Shown here piece by piece: positions 1 to 8,951 of a stretch of DNA of 59,633 bases. The notes beneath the pieces were generated by a model. It was not told the origin of the DNA and did not search any database. It saw only the letters and a list, made by a program, of their open reading frames with translations. Source of the stretch: a virus; the IMG/VR virus record IMGVR_UViG_3300025324_000002, positions 1 to 59,633 of that record, one strand, 5' to 3'. The translations under genes and the position numbers were made by a program. The stretch's first letter is position 1. Each line of letters starts with the position of its first letter.

Positions 1-99
1 ATGCAATGTGGTGACCTAATTATCTAAGGTGCGGGCGTTAACAGTGTTGACCGTAAATAAAACGATGATCGAGTTAATAGCGATGGAATCGGTCGCCGT
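1..99. repeat. 99-bp terminal direct repeat, copy 1 (circular-closure overlap or short DTR)
   Basis: Both ends compared base by base; atgcaatgtggtgacc...aatcggtcgccgt is identical to 59535..59633. Confidence 0.95.
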
Positions 100-283
100 A
101 GAGATGCCAGCGCGGGCGCCGGTGAGGCTGTTCCATTACTATCTGGACAAGCTCGGCGTCAACCGGGTGGCAGTGTTCAAGACCGTCAAGTATGCCGGCA
201 TTAGGTATGACCGGGTAGTCGCAGCTCGACGGCTGTTTGACAAAGACGTTGCGCGCGGAAACGGCTATATGTACGACGTATGA
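29..283 (+). CDS. hypothetical protein (packaging-module position)
   Basis: 84-aa ORF with a GTG start inside the terminal repeat (alternative ATG at 65); co-oriented, upstream of TerL. Confidence 0.4.
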   Translation: MRALTVLTVNKTMIELIAMESVAVEMPARAPVRLFHYYLDKLGVNRVAVFKTVKYAGIRYDRVVAARRLFDKDVARGNGYMYDV

Positions 284-339
284 AGCTATTGACCTACCTC
301 TTCAAAGTAGCTACAGATAGCCACCAGGAGGGCAAGGCG

Positions 340-630
340 ATGATTAAAACGATTCTGGCGGTATCCCTAGCTGTATTCCTGGCTGGCTGTACGGTGGTTA
401 TGGTTCACCCAAAAACAGGGGAAAGGGTTGTTTGCAAGAGCGGGCGAGGCCATCCTTTGATTTTGTATATTCAGGCTTCCGACTGCGCTAATCAGTACGA
501 GGCGTTGGGCTTTGTTCGAGCCGGGAATCTGACGCCTCAGCAAGCGGCCATGGTTTCAAAGCCAACAGCGCAGAGAGTCGAGCAGGATATTACGATCAGG
601 CAGGAAAGGGTTAAGTCACCTAGCCCATAA
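340..630 (+). CDS. putative lipoprotein
   Basis: AGGAGG 8 nt before the ATG at 340; N-terminus MIKTILAVSLAVFLAGC is a signal peptide plus lipobox; its stop overlaps the TerL start. Confidence 0.6.
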   Translation: MIKTILAVSLAVFLAGCTVVMVHPKTGERVVCKSGRGHPLILYIQASDCANQYEALGFVRAGNLTPQQAAMVSKPTAQRVEQDITIRQERVKSPSP

Positions 631-2084
631 TGCTCGCCGCTGAACCGCAAGAAACCATCATTCGATATTGGCCCGGTCCCACGGCGAGGCTGGCACATCA
701 AGGCAGACTCAGGGTCCGTTACGCCTGGGGTCCCATCCGTACCGGCAAGTCGGTCTGGCTTTGTTGGCGGTTCTATTATTGTGCTGTCAGGGCTGCCAAG
801 CTTGGCATCGGGCTCAAGGGTGTTATTCTCCGTGATACATATCGGAATCTCAAAGACACCACACTGGACACCTGGGACACCTGGTTTGCCGCGTTGTGCG
901 AGACTACGGAGTCCACGCCACGCACGGTTAAGCTTCACCTGCCGGACACGGACATTACCTCGGAGCTTCAATTCCGGCATGGGCAGACAGCCGCCGAGGC
1001 ATCGAACTTTCTCAGCCGTGGGGTTGGCTGGATCGGTCTGGAAGAGATAGCGCCAGCCTTTACCCCTTCCGGCATCATGTCACCGGGTATCGCCGAGGAA
1101 GTATTCAACATGGCGCTCACTCGGTTGGAGCAGGCCGGCATCGACGACCCAGAACTGTGCATGACATCCAACCCGCCACCGATACCGCACTGGGCATCGA
1201 AGCGATTGATTGACGTTGCGCCCGACAAGCTCAAGGAGCAGAATTGGGCGCATTACTGGTTCCCGCCCGAGGAGAACCAAGCTAATATCCGGCCCGGCTT
1301 CTACGAAGAGCTGCTGAAAATTCTTCCTGAAGACATGGCGAAGCGTTTCATCAAGGGCGAGCGCGTTGCGATGTATCCAGGTCTTCCTGTATTTCAGAAA
1401 GACTTTAGCGAGAGAATGCACGTCGTTGATGGTCTCAAGCCTATCCACGGGCTCCCGTTGATTCTGTGTGTTGACAGTTCGGGCTGGACACCTGCAGCGC
1501 TATTCACTCAGGTCGATCACAAGGGGCGATGGCTCTGGCTTCGGGAGCTTCAGGGCGGCTATGTCGACGGCAAGCTGGCTGAGCAGGTAGGCCCGGTGAG
1601 ATTTGCCGACGAGTGCAAGACGATCGCGAAGGAGCATTTTCCGGGGTTCATGTTTAAGACTGGTTGGGGTGATCCGTTCGCGCTAACCGCCAAGGCGTCG
1701 ACGGGGCCGAACAAGAGCGATGAAAAGTCATGGCAGGATATTTTCAAGGCGCAGGGGTTCAATCTTCTGCCGGGAATCCCGTCGATTACAGACCGCATTG
1801 AAGGTGTCAGGGAGCGGCTGGTTAAAATTGTCGAAGGTGTGCCAGGTATCCAAATCAACAAGCAGGGTTGCCCGTTATCAATCGAGGCGCTGTCGGGTGG
1901 ATACCGTTGGGGCATGGATCAAACGGCGAATAGGATAACCGGAGCAGAGCCGATAAAGGATTCCTTCAGTCACACCATGGACGCCGCAGGCCACGCAGCA
2001 AGGAAGATTTTTCCGCTTGTGGTTCAGTGGCAAGACAAGAACAAGCCGGCGCCGCGGATACCGCCAAGCGCGATGGCGAGTTAA
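630..2084 (+). CDS. terL: terminase large subunit
   Basis: 484 aa; P-loop GPIRTGKS, Walker-B-like GWIGLEE, C-terminal nuclease-type acidic motifs (LCVDSSG, HTMDAAGH). Confidence 0.9.
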   Translation: MLAAEPQETIIRYWPGPTARLAHQGRLRVRYAWGPIRTGKSVWLCWRFYYCAVRAAKLGIGLKGVILRDTYRNLKDTTLDTWDTWFAALCETTESTPRTVKLHLPDTDITSELQFRHGQTAAEASNFLSRGVGWIGLEEIAPAFTPSGIMSPGIAEEVFNMALTRLEQAGIDDPELCMTSNPPPIPHWASKRLIDVAPDKLKEQNWAHYWFPPEENQANIRPGFYEELLKILPEDMAKRFIKGERVAMYPGLPVFQKDFSERMHVVDGLKPIHGLPLILCVDSSGWTPAALFTQVDHKGRWLWLRELQGGYVDGKLAEQVGPVRFADECKTIAKEHFPGFMFKTGWGDPFALTAKASTGPNKSDEKSWQDIFKAQGFNLLPGIPSITDRIEGVRERLVKIVEGVPGIQINKQGCPLSIEALSGGYRWGMDQTANRITGAEPIKDSFSHTMDAAGHAARKIFPLVVQWQDKNKPAPRIPPSAMAS

Positions 2085-2086
2085 AA

Positions 2087-2392
2087 ATGACACCGTCCGA
2101 GTTTCTTAAAATTAAGGTTGCAATGGAACAGGTCATTACAGACGCACGTAAGAAAATATACGATTCGCGCGTGCTGACGGAAGGTACTCCGCCTCCCCGA
2201 AACCGCAGACCTGCCACGCCGAGAGATATAATTATTGGCTCTATAATCTGGCATGAGCGTGATCGGGATTACGGTGGGGACTTTTGGAATATAGTGGAGG
2301 AAGTGTTACGACCAGGTGACGCATTCAAGGCTTACAATGCCGATGACGGCTGCCGATATGGGTTAGATGGTGCGTACATCGATATTGACTAA
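2087..2392 (+). CDS. hypothetical protein
   Basis: ATG 2 nt after the TerL stop; 101 aa. Confidence 0.5.
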   Translation: MTPSEFLKIKVAMEQVITDARKKIYDSRVLTEGTPPPRNRRPATPRDIIIGSIIWHERDRDYGGDFWNIVEEVLRPGDAFKAYNADDGCRYGLDGAYIDID

Positions 2393-2421
2393 CCCCTAAA
2401 AGTGGAACAAGGTAGAGCAAA

Positions 2422-2751
2422 ATGAACTACCCCCAAGCAGTCGGAGGTTCAATGGATGAAGATAAACTCTGTCTCAACGGCGATCGCGCCAAGCCCTTTA
2501 TGAAAAAGCGCATTGGCGATAGGTGTCCGATTACTCTTGATGCCGTGCTTATTGGCATCGGTATGAGGCCCGATTATTCAGGACCGGAGCCGAAGAAGGG
2601 CAAGCGACCGGAGAAACCTTACGTTGAGTTTGTTCTTCGCTCGGTTAACGGAAAATCGGATAAGGCAGACGGCGACGAGCCCGATTACAAAAACATGAGC
2701 AGCGACGACTTCGAAAAGGACGTTGCGAAAAAGAAAGGCTACCATGGCTAG
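2422..2751 (+). CDS. hypothetical protein
   Basis: 109-aa ORF, co-oriented, Lys/Asp-rich. Confidence 0.45.
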   Translation: MNYPQAVGGSMDEDKLCLNGDRAKPFMKKRIGDRCPITLDAVLIGIGMRPDYSGPEPKKGKRPEKPYVEFVLRSVNGKSDKADGDEPDYKNMSSDDFEKDVAKKKGYHG

Positions 2752-3010
2752 AAAAACCGAATCGTCCGAAGAATCGGAACCGACGGCGCTACCCGGCGAG
2801 ATCAATCATTCCCTCGGGGTTCCCGTCTCGCTGTTCGCCTTTCAGGTTCCCGATTCCGACCTGCCAGTTTTCATGTTTGAGGTTGACGTGAACGGGAAAA
2901 CCTATCGGAGCGACCCCATAGCGGGGCCTGCCGATCTAAATGAAGCTCGGGCGGCACTACTGAGCGCGGCTAAGGCTGTCATTGCGGGATCGGTCAATAC
3001 CGGTGGCTAA
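2744..3010 (+). CDS. hypothetical protein
   Basis: ATG overlaps the upstream stop (ATGGCTAG); 88 aa. Confidence 0.45.
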   Translation: MARKTESSEESEPTALPGEINHSLGVPVSLFAFQVPDSDLPVFMFEVDVNGKTYRSDPIAGPADLNEARAALLSAAKAVIAGSVNTGG

Positions 3011-3332
3011 CAAGCCCATTCCCGACGAGACCGTTATGGTGTTAAAGCAGCGTGTTGAGTTAATCGCTCAACACAGTACTGCCGAAGAAAATGCGGCGAT
3101 GGCCGATTATCTGGTTCGCAAAGAAGGTGCCGATCCGTCTATCTTGGATCGCGAATTTCAAGATACCTGGACTTACGGCTGGAAGGTCAGGCTGGGTAAG
3201 GATCAGTATGGCGACTTTGTTACCATGACAGACCCTGAGTTTGAATATGCTAGGGGCATTTTGCTCGAACAGGCAAAAATTGTTATAGATCGAATTCAAC
3301 GCGGTCTTGTTAATGATAAAGCCGATGTCTAA
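3003..3332 (+). CDS. hypothetical protein
   Basis: GTG overlaps the upstream stop; alternative ATG at 3036. Confidence 0.45.
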   Translation: MANKPIPDETVMVLKQRVELIAQHSTAEENAAMADYLVRKEGADPSILDREFQDTWTYGWKVRLGKDQYGDFVTMTDPEFEYARGILLEQAKIVIDRIQRGLVNDKADV

Positions 3333-3702
3333 ACCCACTCCGATCCGTCGCGCTCGCAGTGTCGTCACGCCCAAGCGCGATCCTAACATGGATACCATCG
3401 CGCAGACGATTGATACCATGGAGGGGAAAAACAATCCGCTCAAGCGTGATCTCCCCGCCATGGATCAGGGGCAAGCCATGCAATCACTGATTCTCGTCAC
3501 TTCCAAAGAGCCGTGCTATCTCTGTCATGGAGTTCCGCACGCGGTAAAGATATATCGGGTGCCCAACGGTCTCAATATCCTCGGCCAACGGCTAATTCTT
3601 TACACGCTCTGTTTCGACTGCATTGCGGATGTCACGAGCAAGGGGAAAGTGGAATACAAATTGGTCAAGCATCTCCAGACCGAAAATGGAATGGCGAATT
3701 GA
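3325..3702 (+). CDS. hypothetical Cys-pair protein
   Basis: ATG overlaps the upstream stop; CYLC...CFDC motifs. Confidence 0.5.
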   Translation: MSKPTPIRRARSVVTPKRDPNMDTIAQTIDTMEGKNNPLKRDLPAMDQGQAMQSLILVTSKEPCYLCHGVPHAVKIYRVPNGLNILGQRLILYTLCFDCIADVTSKGKVEYKLVKHLQTENGMAN

Positions 3703-3860
3703 TGCCTAAAGACATGAAAGGCGTCATGAAAGAGTACAAAGCCGGCACTCTTCACAGCGGCAAGGGCGGCAAGGTAGTTAAAAAGCGCAGTCAGGCCCTA
3801 GCCATCGGTATGAGCTACCAGCGCAAGGGTAAGAAGAAACGACACTTGGAAGATTATTAA
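3702..3860 (+). CDS. small basic protein, DUF6496-like
   Basis: 52 aa; KEYKAGTLHSGKGGKVVKKRSQALAIGMS resembles the family as I remember it; 1-nt overlap with the upstream stop. Confidence 0.5.
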   Translation: MPKDMKGVMKEYKAGTLHSGKGGKVVKKRSQALAIGMSYQRKGKKKRHLEDY

Positions 3861-4078
3861 TGCGTCTTAAAACCCTCATAGAATTGCGTCGTCATATCCG
3901 GGCCATCGATATTGTCCTGAAGGATGAGATTGACCATGAGAAGGTCGATAGTAAGCTAAATATCCCTTCTCCTGGCGTTGGTTCCATGAGAGAATGGTGC
4001 GGGCATCCGACTTGCGATCCGTTGATACCATGCCGGCATGCGGAAAGGTATCAAGAGTTGGCGAGGGCGGCAAAATGA
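3860..4078 (+). CDS. hypothetical protein
   Basis: 72 aa; coupled to both neighbours. Confidence 0.45.
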   Translation: MRLKTLIELRRHIRAIDIVLKDEIDHEKVDSKLNIPSPGVGSMREWCGHPTCDPLIPCRHAERYQELARAAK

Positions 4079-4557
4079 GTAAGAAGGAAATACTTGATCA
4101 AGCCGTGAAACTTGCGACCGAGGGCTGGGCCATGCCAAGTCTAGAAGGAATCTCTACTAAGCCATCGCCCGAACATTGGACGAATTGCGGACAAGACAGG
4201 CTAGCTTGGACGATAATAAATCGAATTCTCGAACCCGGTGAATCTAGTATTGGTTTGGCAAGTCCATTGCCAGATATCAGCTATGATGTGCGATCCGAGG
4301 CAATACCCGCCTCTGCATGGATAGAAGTTCCGGCGCATCGCATCCTGGTCGTGTCCTATGCTTTTTTTCAGACCGACTTTGACAAGATCGGTCACAACGG
4401 CGAGGTTCTTTCCCAATGCCAAGAAGGCGGAATAGCCTTTCTCGTACGCAAAAAAGACGGTCGTAGATTTAGGGCAGCCAAGTTTGTTCCCCGGTGGGAA
4501 TGTGAAGAAATTGCCAAGAGTGAAGTCGTGGCGCCGGTGTGCCTAGAGGAAATTTAA
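4075..4557 (+). CDS. hypothetical protein
   Basis: ATGA overlap with the upstream stop; 160 aa. Confidence 0.5.
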   Translation: MSKKEILDQAVKLATEGWAMPSLEGISTKPSPEHWTNCGQDRLAWTIINRILEPGESSIGLASPLPDISYDVRSEAIPASAWIEVPAHRILVVSYAFFQTDFDKIGHNGEVLSQCQEGGIAFLVRKKDGRRFRAAKFVPRWECEEIAKSEVVAPVCLEEI

Positions 4558-4748
4558 TGGACACACGATTTATTGAAATGCGCCGAATAGATACTGCCGT
4601 TGCCGTGTGCCGACATATCTGGAAACAGCTCCCCGACAATTCCAACTGGCCGCGTGATGAGCATTTTCGATGCTCTATTTGCGGGCTAACTGAGGTTGTC
4701 TCGGGTCATTCTACTATCAAGGAGTCGTATGTTGGCGCTAACCTCTAG
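4557..4748 (+). CDS. hypothetical Cys-containing protein
   Basis: TAATG overlap; CRH...CSIC. Confidence 0.45.
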   Translation: MDTRFIEMRRIDTAVAVCRHIWKQLPDNSNWPRDEHFRCSICGLTEVVSGHSTIKESYVGANL

Positions 4749-5187
4749 GCAGGCAACGGTTATCAAGTATCGAGCCAATGGGCTTATTTATCGTGAAATT
4801 GCTACGCGCCTTGGAATATCGGTCAAAAGAGTCGGGCAACTCAACCGAATCGCGCGTGACAAAATTGAGAGAATGGAAAGTGGAACAATTTTGAGCCATC
4901 CAGTGTTTTGCATTCCAGATATAGGCATGCGATTACAGAATTGCATCGCCAATCTGGGTAATATCGAGCGCGGATCGTGGCAAGCGTATGAGGTAAGTGA
5001 AACAATAAAGCGTATTAGTTTGGAAGATGCTAGAGACGCTATTGGTTGCGGAATAAAAACTATCGCCGCGCTTAGAGTCTTGAAAAAGTCGTATGGAATA
5101 AAAATTGATTCAGCCAGTACGCTCACACGCGAACTTGCCGAATCGATGGCAGAACATGCGATTATTAAGCAAATGGAAGAAATTTAA
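4729..5187 (+). CDS. transcription regulator: sigma-70 region-4/LuxR-type HTH plus possible RpoA-CTD-like helix-hairpin-helix
   Basis: AAGGAG 4 nt before the ATG; LTSRQATVIKYRANGLIYREIATRLGISVKRVGQLNRIARDKI; downstream RLQNCIANLG...IGCGIKTIAALRVLKKSYG. Confidence 0.6.
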   Translation: MLALTSRQATVIKYRANGLIYREIATRLGISVKRVGQLNRIARDKIERMESGTILSHPVFCIPDIGMRLQNCIANLGNIERGSWQAYEVSETIKRISLEDARDAIGCGIKTIAALRVLKKSYGIKIDSASTLTRELAESMAEHAIIKQMEEI

Positions 5188-5390
5188 TGGATGCAAGCCT
5201 GGCGAGAGTTTGGATAGGCCCGTCGTTTAGGGGTGAAGGCATCGGTAGGCTGTCCGCTAAGTATCGCTACAGGGAAGCGCGGAGCAAGGAGCGATATTTA
5301 AAACGCGATGATGCCATAAAGGTGTCATGTATGCCGCTTCCCGGTATAATTGGCAGGTATTGTCATATTAAATTTATAGAATCGAGGTAG
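5187..5390 (+). CDS. hypothetical protein
   Basis: 67-aa ORF, TAATG overlap; weak. Confidence 0.3.
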   Translation: MDASLARVWIGPSFRGEGIGRLSAKYRYREARSKERYLKRDDAIKVSCMPLPGIIGRYCHIKFIESR

Positions 5391-5427
5391 TCTCCCCCTA
5401 AAAAGGGTCCACATCTAACATGAAGTA

Positions 5428-7326
5428 GTGCCTCTCAACATCGATCCTCGCGAGTTAGTATCTCTCCAGAAGGGCCGTCCCGCCTTCCGCGGTCGCGGTG
5501 CCCGTGAAAAAAATGAGAAGTTGGAATCTCAGGGCTCCGAAGTCGTCGATCAGATAACGAAAATCCGCGACTGCACGCAATCCAACTACAAGACTACGAC
5601 CCTCTGGCGCGATGCCGGCGTAGAGTCCTACAACTTCATTGAAAATAAACAGTGGGACGAAAAAGACCTTGAATACTTAAAAAAGCAAGGCCGTCCCGCG
5701 ATGACCTTCAACAAAATTCTGCCTCAAGTCCGTTTACTCAGCGGCATGGAGCGCCAGAACCGGGAAGAACTCCGCGTATTCCCGCGCGAGGGCTCCGACA
5801 CTCAAGATGCCGACGTAATGACAGGGCTGGTCAAATACTGTCTTGATGAAAACCTTGCTCCTTGGCAGCTTACCCGCAAGTCGAACGATGTTTATATCTG
5901 TGGCCGAGGTTGGATTAAAACCGACATCAGCTACGATGAGAACATCAACGGTGACTGTACCATCCAACGTCTAAACCCATTTCGGATATTTTGGGATACG
6001 ATGTCAGATGATTGGTCCGGGGCTGACATGCGATGGGTACAAGACTCCCCGTGGATGACCGAGGATGAAGCGAAAGAGCTTTGGCCCGAGTTTGCCGACA
6101 TTATAAAAATAGGCGATTGGCTTTCCGGTAGCACTCCGTTTTTAGTGTCCGGAGTACAGACGGGCGATAAAAACTGGGAGGATAAACTTTTTCTCGATGT
6201 CGAGACTAAACGGGTCCGGTGCCTCGAACATTGGTACAAGATTCGCCAACCTATCCTTTTGGCCGTGAATGCGTCTACCGGCGATATTAGGAACGCCGAG
6301 GATGAAAGTTTCGTAAAAGAATTGGAGGGGTTGAGCGGCCAACAGAGGGGTGCTTTTCGGTTCGTTCGCCAGAACAAGACCATTATTCGCGTTGCCACCG
6401 TGATGAACTGGATAATCGTCCAGGACAAGCCCAGCCCCTTCAAGCATAACAATTTGCCGATCATTCCTTACATCGGTTTACAGTTTATGGGAGAGCCGAA
6501 CGGGTTAGTAGAGTATCTCAAAGATCCTCAAAGGCTCGGTAATAAGTCCATTTCTCAAACCCTGAATCATCTTAACCGATCGGCGAATAGCGGCTGGTTG
6601 AATAAAAGCGGAACGGGAGCGAATCATCAACAGTTGGAACAATTCGGGTCTGCTGCTGGCGTTGTAATTGAATATGAGGAAGTAATGCCGGACAGGATTG
6701 AACCGGCTAGGTTGGATTCCGGTCACATGACACTAGCTCAGGCCAGTGATGGGCTGATTCGGGAAATCTCCCTTTTGAATTCTGAGCTGTCGGGGCTGGG
6801 CACGCAAAAAACCGTATCAGGCAGAGCAATAGAGGCTAGACAGCGCGGCGGCATGACCGGCAACGAAGACTTTTTCGACAACATGCTTTTGGGCGACAAG
6901 ATCCTCGGTTATCAACTTATCTCTAACATCCAACAGACCTACACCCAGGCGAGAATTATCCGCATCCTCGGCGCGCAGAGCGTGAGAAATTCCGATGAGT
7001 TGGGCGCGAAGATGTACATGGAGCTGAAAAACGATACTGATAAACTCTTTCAAGTCGTGGATCGTTGCTTAAAGGCAGAATATGATTATGTGGTTGATCG
7101 CTCGCCGCAGTCCGTGACGATCCGACTGGCTCAGTTTGAAACATTGTTAAAAGCGGCGAAGGATTTTCCAGGGTCTATCCCCCCGGATGTGATCGTGGAC
7201 ATGTCGGACTATCCCGAGAATGCGAAATCGCGAATCAAGCAACATCTACAGAAAATTCAGCAAATGGAAGACATGGCGAAACAGGTCGGTATGGGTAGCG
7301 GGGTTGCTTTACCGCCGGTTCAATAG
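5428..7326 (+). CDS. portal protein
   Basis: 632 aa; size and position before scaffold and capsid; RLNPFRIFWDTMS...DMRWV segment typical of podovirus portals. Confidence 0.8.
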   Translation: MPLNIDPRELVSLQKGRPAFRGRGAREKNEKLESQGSEVVDQITKIRDCTQSNYKTTTLWRDAGVESYNFIENKQWDEKDLEYLKKQGRPAMTFNKILPQVRLLSGMERQNREELRVFPREGSDTQDADVMTGLVKYCLDENLAPWQLTRKSNDVYICGRGWIKTDISYDENINGDCTIQRLNPFRIFWDTMSDDWSGADMRWVQDSPWMTEDEAKELWPEFADIIKIGDWLSGSTPFLVSGVQTGDKNWEDKLFLDVETKRVRCLEHWYKIRQPILLAVNASTGDIRNAEDESFVKELEGLSGQQRGAFRFVRQNKTIIRVATVMNWIIVQDKPSPFKHNNLPIIPYIGLQFMGEPNGLVEYLKDPQRLGNKSISQTLNHLNRSANSGWLNKSGTGANHQQLEQFGSAAGVVIEYEEVMPDRIEPARLDSGHMTLAQASDGLIREISLLNSELSGLGTQKTVSGRAIEARQRGGMTGNEDFFDNMLLGDKILGYQLISNIQQTYTQARIIRILGAQSVRNSDELGAKMYMELKNDTDKLFQVVDRCLKAEYDYVVDRSPQSVTIRLAQFETLLKAAKDFPGSIPPDVIVDMSDYPENAKSRIKQHLQKIQQMEDMAKQVGMGSGVALPPVQ

Positions 7327-7341
7327 TACAAGGAGATCAAT

Positions 7342-7560
7342 ATGATAACTCCGATTCGTTGGTTTCTAACATATAGACGGGAGCGTAGACTTCGCAATCT
7401 TAAGGTCAGCATTGCGGGACTAAACAGGCTTCGCCAACAAGTGAACGCGCTAGCTGAATATCACGGCGGCACATCAATCCGCGATTGTGACATTCTGAGA
7501 AATACAGCCAAGCAACTCGGAGAGGCCGAAGAGTTGCTGAAATTGGAATTGGGAAACTAA
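7342..7560 (+). CDS. hypothetical protein
   Basis: 72 aa; AAGGAG upstream. Confidence 0.45.
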   Translation: MITPIRWFLTYRRERRLRNLKVSIAGLNRLRQQVNALAEYHGGTSIRDCDILRNTAKQLGEAEELLKLELGN

Positions 7561-7562
7561 CA

Positions 7563-7850
7563 ATGAGCGATGCGGTGTTGAACACGGATAAACAAATTTG
7601 GCGTAAACCTCCGGGTGATTATTACCAGCCGAGTATCCATGTCACACAAGGCAACGGGGTCGGAATTAATGTCGGCGGTCACGTCATAGTTGCGCCTGTA
7701 GAAGACTGGCATCAGGCCGGGGAAACCTTTTTCTGCGTAGATCCTAGGTTACCATGGTGGCGCTGGAAACTCGCGATGTGGCTTCTTGCCAGGCGGCCAG
7801 TAAAAAATAAAGAGATTCGTGAGAGGGGGCAATATGCTCAGATTTATTAA
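7563..7850 (+). CDS. conserved phage protein, paralog of 36033..36410
   Basis: NTDKQIW...PSIHVTQGNGVGINVGGHVIVAPVEDWH aligns with the early-region copy. Confidence 0.55.
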   Translation: MSDAVLNTDKQIWRKPPGDYYQPSIHVTQGNGVGINVGGHVIVAPVEDWHQAGETFFCVDPRLPWWRWKLAMWLLARRPVKNKEIRERGQYAQIY

Positions 7851-8772
7851 TGGCGAATTGGTTTTCATAGAACCGCTCTTGAGCGCTCAAGCCGACGAGG
7901 GCAACGACGATCAGGGCGGCGGTGGCACCGATGCTGGGGCCGATGATGCCGGGGACCAGGGCGCAGCAGACGACAAGGGCGATGAAGGCGGAGGCGACGT
8001 TGGCAAGACAGACAATACCGGGAAAGATGCTGGAAGCCAAGCTAAACCGGATTGGCGCGTCGAGAAGTACGGGGAGGACTACGAGAACAGCGTAGCATAC
8101 TGGAAAGATACCTCCAGCTATTGGCGCGGCGAGACGGACAAGGAAAAAAAGAAACGCCAAGGTAAGGCACCTCTCGAAGACTTCAAGGCCGCCGATACCA
8201 CGGTAAAACCTGCCGGGACTAACGGCAAAGAAACTATGAAGGCTGGTACCGAAGGCGAGCCGGAATTTAAAACCGTTCAAGACCTGCTTGAACACGTCAA
8301 GAAAAATCAGGAGCAATTCTTTGAATCGAAATTTACCGAACGTTTAACCGAGCGCGAACGGGAGAATAACTTTCGTAGCGCCATGCAGAGAGCGAGAAAA
8401 GAACAAACGGGAGACCCGGAAAACGGGATTCCGTCCTTTGCGGAACTGGAGCAAGACGTTCTGATTCCGTTGGTAGAGAGTAACCCGAAAGTGCTGACGC
8501 TACTCAAGGAATTGGGCGGCGACCCGGCGGAAAACGCTTATACGCTCGCAATCGTGGTCAAGAGCCGCAATATGGACGGCTTGAAGGCCATGTTCGAGCG
8601 CAGGGGTCGTGAGCAGTTCGCCAAGAAACTTGATGATGTCAGTAAAGAGGCCGTGCGCGTCAAAGGGGGTCGAACCGGCCCGACGACTACGAAGATCGGC
8701 CCGGATGATATTTGGAAAATGTCGTCCGAGGAATTCGAAAAGCACGTAGCCAAGGAAACGGGTAGAGCCTAG
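7834..8772 (+). CDS. scaffolding protein (putative)
   Basis: Between portal and capsid; very acidic Gly/Asp-rich N-terminus, charged helical remainder. Confidence 0.6.
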   Translation: MLRFINGELVFIEPLLSAQADEGNDDQGGGGTDAGADDAGDQGAADDKGDEGGGDVGKTDNTGKDAGSQAKPDWRVEKYGEDYENSVAYWKDTSSYWRGETDKEKKKRQGKAPLEDFKAADTTVKPAGTNGKETMKAGTEGEPEFKTVQDLLEHVKKNQEQFFESKFTERLTERERENNFRSAMQRARKEQTGDPENGIPSFAELEQDVLIPLVESNPKVLTLLKELGGDPAENAYTLAIVVKSRNMDGLKAMFERRGREQFAKKLDDVSKEAVRVKGGRTGPTTTKIGPDDIWKMSSEEFEKHVAKETGRA

Positions 8773-8951
8773 TCGAAAGACTTTTATCTTTGGCTCGCGG
8801 TGGCTTGCCTACCGCTTCCCTTAGATAGAACCCAGATACGGTTGTCTCGGCAACCTACTCTGGGAACTAAAATCTAATTCCGAAAAACCAGCCCGCCTCT
8901 TTTGAGGTTTCCTGGAAATGTTTCCCGTGAAACACGAAAGGAAATCTCGTC

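Noticed and set aside
1-99. Treating the 99-bp repeat as a genuine direct terminal repeat
   Set aside because: The length equals a common assembler k-mer, and an ORF start (29) lies inside it. Without reads, a circular-assembly overlap is the more conservative reading.
781-2093. Alternative-frame ORFs inside TerL (781..1050, 968..1234, 1080..1448, 1559..1915 and others)
   Set aside because: They are fully nested in a confidently identified 484-aa terminase frame and have no independent signals.
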